Below are positions 59,931 to 64,000 of a stretch of DNA of 64,000 nucleotides, piece after piece. The stretch is from positions 24,244,001 through 24,308,000 of the forward strand of contig CM052816.1 in assembly GCA_028534125.1 (NCBI GenBank), written 5' to 3'. The translations under genes were made by a program, and so were the position numbers. This DNA is from Lama glama (taxonomy: Eukaryota). Each line of letters starts with the position of its first letter. Position 1 is the stretch's first letter. Below the pieces are notes generated by a model that saw only the letters and a program-made list of their open reading frames with translations, did no database searches and was not told where the DNA came from.

Positions 59931-62169
59931 CTACAAAGATAAAGGAGTTTAAGTTTTTCAGGGTGTAGCACCACCTTTTTAGGGCTCTCACTGAATGGAA
60001 TGTGATCTGCCACTCTGTCCTAGAAGGTATTCTCTACCTCCTGTTCCCTCGGAACCACTGTGTTATTTGGAGATACACCAGTCACTGTGGTGTTGCCGTA
60101 TTTTTCTGGGTTTAAATAATCTGTGTGTTATGATCTTTAATGGGAAATCAGTTTAACAGGAAAATTAAATTCTTTAGGGAGGCTTAATTTGAGATTCTGT
60201 ATCATTTATTAGCTGGCTAGTGCCTCATTTTAATATATCTACATAAAAGAGCTGGAATTTGGATTTGCATGTATTTGTATCTGGGTTTGCCTCTTAAGCC
60301 TGTCTTTTAAGGTATTTCCTCCACTGGGATTTCCTTTAATAAAGCTAAAATGTCATTCAAAAGAATTTCTTTATGCTAGTATTATAAGCCTTGTTGATTA
60401 CCAAGAAAGATTTCCCTTCACGGCAGGAAAACTGCTCCTTTCCCTCTACCTGCCCACATTCCCATACTGTTTGCCTCCCACCTCCACACCAAAAAAGGCA
60501 CACACCCACAAATACATACAGCAGATGCTGCCAAGCCAGGAAATCTGCCTTCACCATGACACCTTTCTCAGCACGCTCCTGCCAGGCCGATCACACCAGC
60601 ACTGATTTAGGGAGGGTCCATTCACTTTCAGTAGTTCTCTGTTACCTCAGTGTCCCCTCTGTGCACTACAATCTTTCTATCCAGAACTGTCACCAAGTTC
60701 CAGGCTGCTGATCTGTGTGTTACAGGTGACACAGACATGATAAAATTCATGGGCACTTAAGAAATAACCTTCATTGAACCTGGCCCAAAGATCATCATGC
60801 AGAACTCCATGTAACAGAGAAACTCCAATGCCAGTATTTTAGGCTGTTTTCAACTCTTCATTCTCACTTTCGTTCTTTCATCCAGTGTACTGTTTCTCCA
60901 AGGAGCACGGAGATGATCAGGGGCAAAGTTTTCTCTATGTCTTTGTGTGTTTCTGCACCAGCCCTGGTCTGGTGCACAGAGTGGACACTCAATTTTTAAC
61001 AGACTGGGTGAGAAAGCAGGCAGCCCCATTGAAGACTCCCGACAAAGCCTTGAAGTGGCGGCCCAGGGTCAGGGTTTGAGGGGCTTTCAGTGGGAGCCCT
61101 TAGCACCCTGGGGATTGGAAGTGGACAATTCCTGATGTGGCATTGTTTTATTGCTGTAGGAAGTATATATTGCTTTCTCTCTCTACCAAAAGATGCAATT
61201 AAGCCAAGGAAGGAAAATGCAATTAAGCCAAGAAGTGGGTACCTGCAGATAGATCATTGATGGAAATGTCCTCTCTGATCAAAAACACAGTCATCATGTT
61301 TAGGGTATCTGTTATCACATTACCTGTGCCACCCCTCCCTCTCCCTCTCATAACACCCTGCCACACACAGGTGCACCCACCATCCTAAAGCCTGGTGCAA
61401 AGTAGTCACCTAATAACTATGATTTCAATGACAGCCTGAACTGGCATGTGATAACCTGCATGAAGGGGAAGACATTCTTTTGTTCTTTTGCTCCCTCACC
61501 TTCCTCAGTGGAATCAAGGGTTTGAAAGGTTATTTTTAGCCACCTTTGTCAAGAGAGTAAGGAGGAAAGGGGAAAGTGAAGAAGCCCTGATGTTCCAAAG
61601 TAACTTCCTGTAAAGAATGGGCTTTAAAAAACATCATTGGTGAAGATTAATTCCTCTGTCAATAAGTGCCGGCAGCTAATCTAGTGCCAATTGCATATGC
61701 CTGGGGAATGAGCCCTGTGGAAACTCAAGGAACCTAAATCATCACGAGATGCGGTGCTTGTCTTTTCTCCCAACCACTGACCAGGCATCTGCCATTACTC
61801 TCCATTTTTTAAATTGCAAAGGAAAAAGAAATGCCAAATGGTTCTTGAAACTTTAAAAGGCAAATTGGATATGGTTTGACATATGGTGAAAATAAATTAT
61901 TCTAAAATCTATTCACATATAGAATTATCTTTCTGGAACACCAAACTAAATGTCTCTTTCACCTCTCAAGTTACTTTATGCACCAAGCCACTGGGCAGCG
62001 ACTTACCTTGGATGGTTTTAATTACTGAGTTTGACTCACAGTCAGGGCTGAGTAACCACAGGGCAGCTGCAGTGCAGGTCCTCAGCAGCCGTTTCTCCAC
62101 ATTCACACAACCATCCCTAGGAGACTCTCTCCCTTCCTGGTCTTTGGCTTTTGGTCACTTTCATGGGCC

Positions 62170-62790
62170 ACCGGATGGCAAATAAAGCCGTCCTACCCGG
62201 CCCAAGGAACATCAGTTTTTATTGGAAGCTTAAAAGCCTTGGAAACCCAGGGGAATAAATCCCTAACTAATGCACTTCCGGCTCCCGAAGCAGGAAAAAG
62301 CCGAGCTGGCCCTACTTTTCTCATTCTGCCTCCCCCAGTCCCCAAAGCTCACAGAAAGTTTCCTGGTGAAGCAGGGACCTCCAAACTTTTTAACTGGCGC
62401 CCTCAGGAAGAAATTTTACATGGCAACGCAGTAACCCAGCACACAAATACAAAACAAAACTTACCTTGCAACGTACAATGGGCTCCGGTGCTCCCCCCAC
62501 CATTCCATTTAATTCTTTTTCTTTTTGCACTGCTCAAGACTCACTAAGCTGTTTTCACACCCCACTGGAGGGTCACCATGCAGAGTATGAAAAACACTAT
62601 CCTAGACTAGAGAAATAGCAGGGTTTTAAGGTGGGAAGAAGCTACAGAGACAGCTCCTCCCGGTAGAACGTGCGCGCCTGCCCCGTGGCGCGCCCGCGCG
62701 GGGTCCCGTGCTGAGCAATTCTGAGGAGCTGGTCCTGCTAGGCGCCTCACCTGCAGCTGCACAACCGCCCCAGGAGATCCGAGTCCTTGC
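62170..62790. promoter_or_regulatory. Small CpG cluster, candidate promoter
   Basis: 'acgtgcgcgcctgccccgtggcgcgcccgcgcggggtcccg' (62668-62708) is the densest CpG cluster in the window; E2F-like GGCGCG, NRF1-like GCGCGCCTGC, and ETS CACTTCCGG at 62273-62281. Confidence 0.5.
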
Positions 62791-62890
62791 ATTACCCTGA
62801 CTTACAGATGAGGCTCAGCTGAGGTTGGAAGCTTGCCTGAGGTTCCCCCAACTGGTGGAGCCAGAATTCAAATAACCTGGCTCTGACCCC
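62790..62890 (-). mobile_element. MIR fragment
   Basis: 'cttacagatgaggctcagctgaggttggaagcttgcctgaggtt...ggagccagaattcaaa'. Confidence 0.6.
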
Positions 62891-63267
62891 ACCCCCACAC
62901 TCCTAACCTTGACACTGCCTGCCCAAAGCCCACTGGTAGCCACCATTGCCCTTGGGGTCAAGTGGAACCTCTTACCTCTCCAGCTTCATTCTTCTCTCCC
63001 CCCTCCCATTTTGCACTGTAGCCTTAAGGAACTTCCCTCGGCTGCTGTGCTCAAACGAGCTGGGTATTCTCACAAGTTGTTACTTCTCCCTGGATTTTTC
63101 TCCTCATTATTTAGGTCTCAGCTTAAACCTCATTTCCTCCAGGATACCTTTTCTGAATGCCTTTGTCCACCCCCCACAACAATAAGTGTCTCCTTTTATG
63201 CTCTCAGACCACTCTGTGCTTTCTCCGTCCTAGCACGTGTGCCATCCTATTATTTTGCTTCCATAGC

Positions 63268-63466
63268 CAGTGGTGTGCTGGTAAAAGTTCAACAACCAGC
63301 TCTCTAGGAAAGAGGGGAAGGGACAGTGATTTGTAGCATTTGCCAGTTTCTAGCGCAAATACTTAACACCTCTGCCAATTTCAAGCCATCAGCCTGGCTT
63401 CACTGAACATGGAGTTGGAAAGAAATTGGTGAGAATTGGAAAGAAGCTAGTTCCAGCACACCATTG
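63268..63466. mobile_element. hAT-Blackjack MITE (MER63A-like)
   Basis: Terminal inverted repeats cagtggtgtgctgg (63268-63281) / ccagcacaccattg (63453-63466), with internal 'gatttgtagcatttgccagtttc'. Confidence 0.85.
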
Positions 63467-63689
63467 GACCTCTGTCTTGTCGTCTCTGACCCGTGGGAGA
63501 GGAGGGATCATCTTTGACTTGCTGACCTTTGTATATCAAATTAGTGAAAATAAAAAGGGAGGAAAAGGCAGTCAAGAAAAGGGACTGGTATTCTGAGAAA
63601 TACTAAGATAGTCACAGTAAGTAAAGAAGGAATGGGAGAGGAAAAGATAAATGCTGTATGTGGTAAAAAATAACAACCAACAACCACCC

Positions 63690-63880
63690 TTCCTTATAAA
63701 TTATAAAGTGCTTCCATATGGCTTATGTCATTTGACCATTTGCTCAGAAATGTTATAAGGATAGCTGTTATTCAGTAGGTAAAGAAACTGTGTCTCCCAG
63801 AGGTGAAGTGATCTAATAGGGGGTCACATAGTTCACACAGCTCACACCTGAGCCCAAGGTTCCCTGGGCTCTAGCCCCAT
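63690..63880 (-). mobile_element. MIR SINE
   Basis: 'gtaggtaaagaaactgtgtctcccagaggtgaagtgatctaatagggggtcacatag'. Confidence 0.6.
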
Positions 63881-64000
63881 GTTCCTTTATTATTCAGGCT
63901 GACTTCCCACATCAACATACCTGCTCACAGTGTGAAAGCAGGTATTTGGACACATGCAGGGAGTGGAATGGGGAGGGTAATAGTGCTGGGAAGGGCGGAG

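Noticed and set aside
1..64000. CRISPR arrays, operons or prokaryotic defence systems
   Set aside because: The sequence is mammalian; no regularly spaced repeat-spacer array or dense long-ORF organisation was seen.

Overview
Mammalian genomic DNA, AT-rich, CpG-depleted and dense in interspersed repeats. It is most likely camelid (camel/alpaca/vicuna): it has tRNA-Ala(AGC)-derived SINEs of the Vic-1 type and cetartiodactyl-type young L1 3' ends, and I recognised no Alu, Bov-tA/BovB, PRE-1 or Can-SINE. Almost all ORF-track entries are chance ORFs or lie in repeats. Supported content: (1) two candidate terminal coding exons (3633-3720, 4149-4190) of an unidentified + strand gene followed by UTR-like sequence; (2) a UBE2V1 processed pseudogene (10631-11135) that appears copied from an exon-2-skipped, frameshifted mRNA; (3) a small CpG cluster near 62.7 kb with three identical strong minus-strand splice donors and a well-defined 94-nt exon, suggesting an apparently non-coding spliced transcript; (4) many L1, L2, MIR, LTR and hAT relics, some nested; (5) a few homeodomain/ETS-motif blocks that may be enhancers. 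I found no evidence of a prokaryote-style or wholly new multi-gene system. Repeat family names come from remembered consensus sequences, and old-repeat boundaries are approximate.
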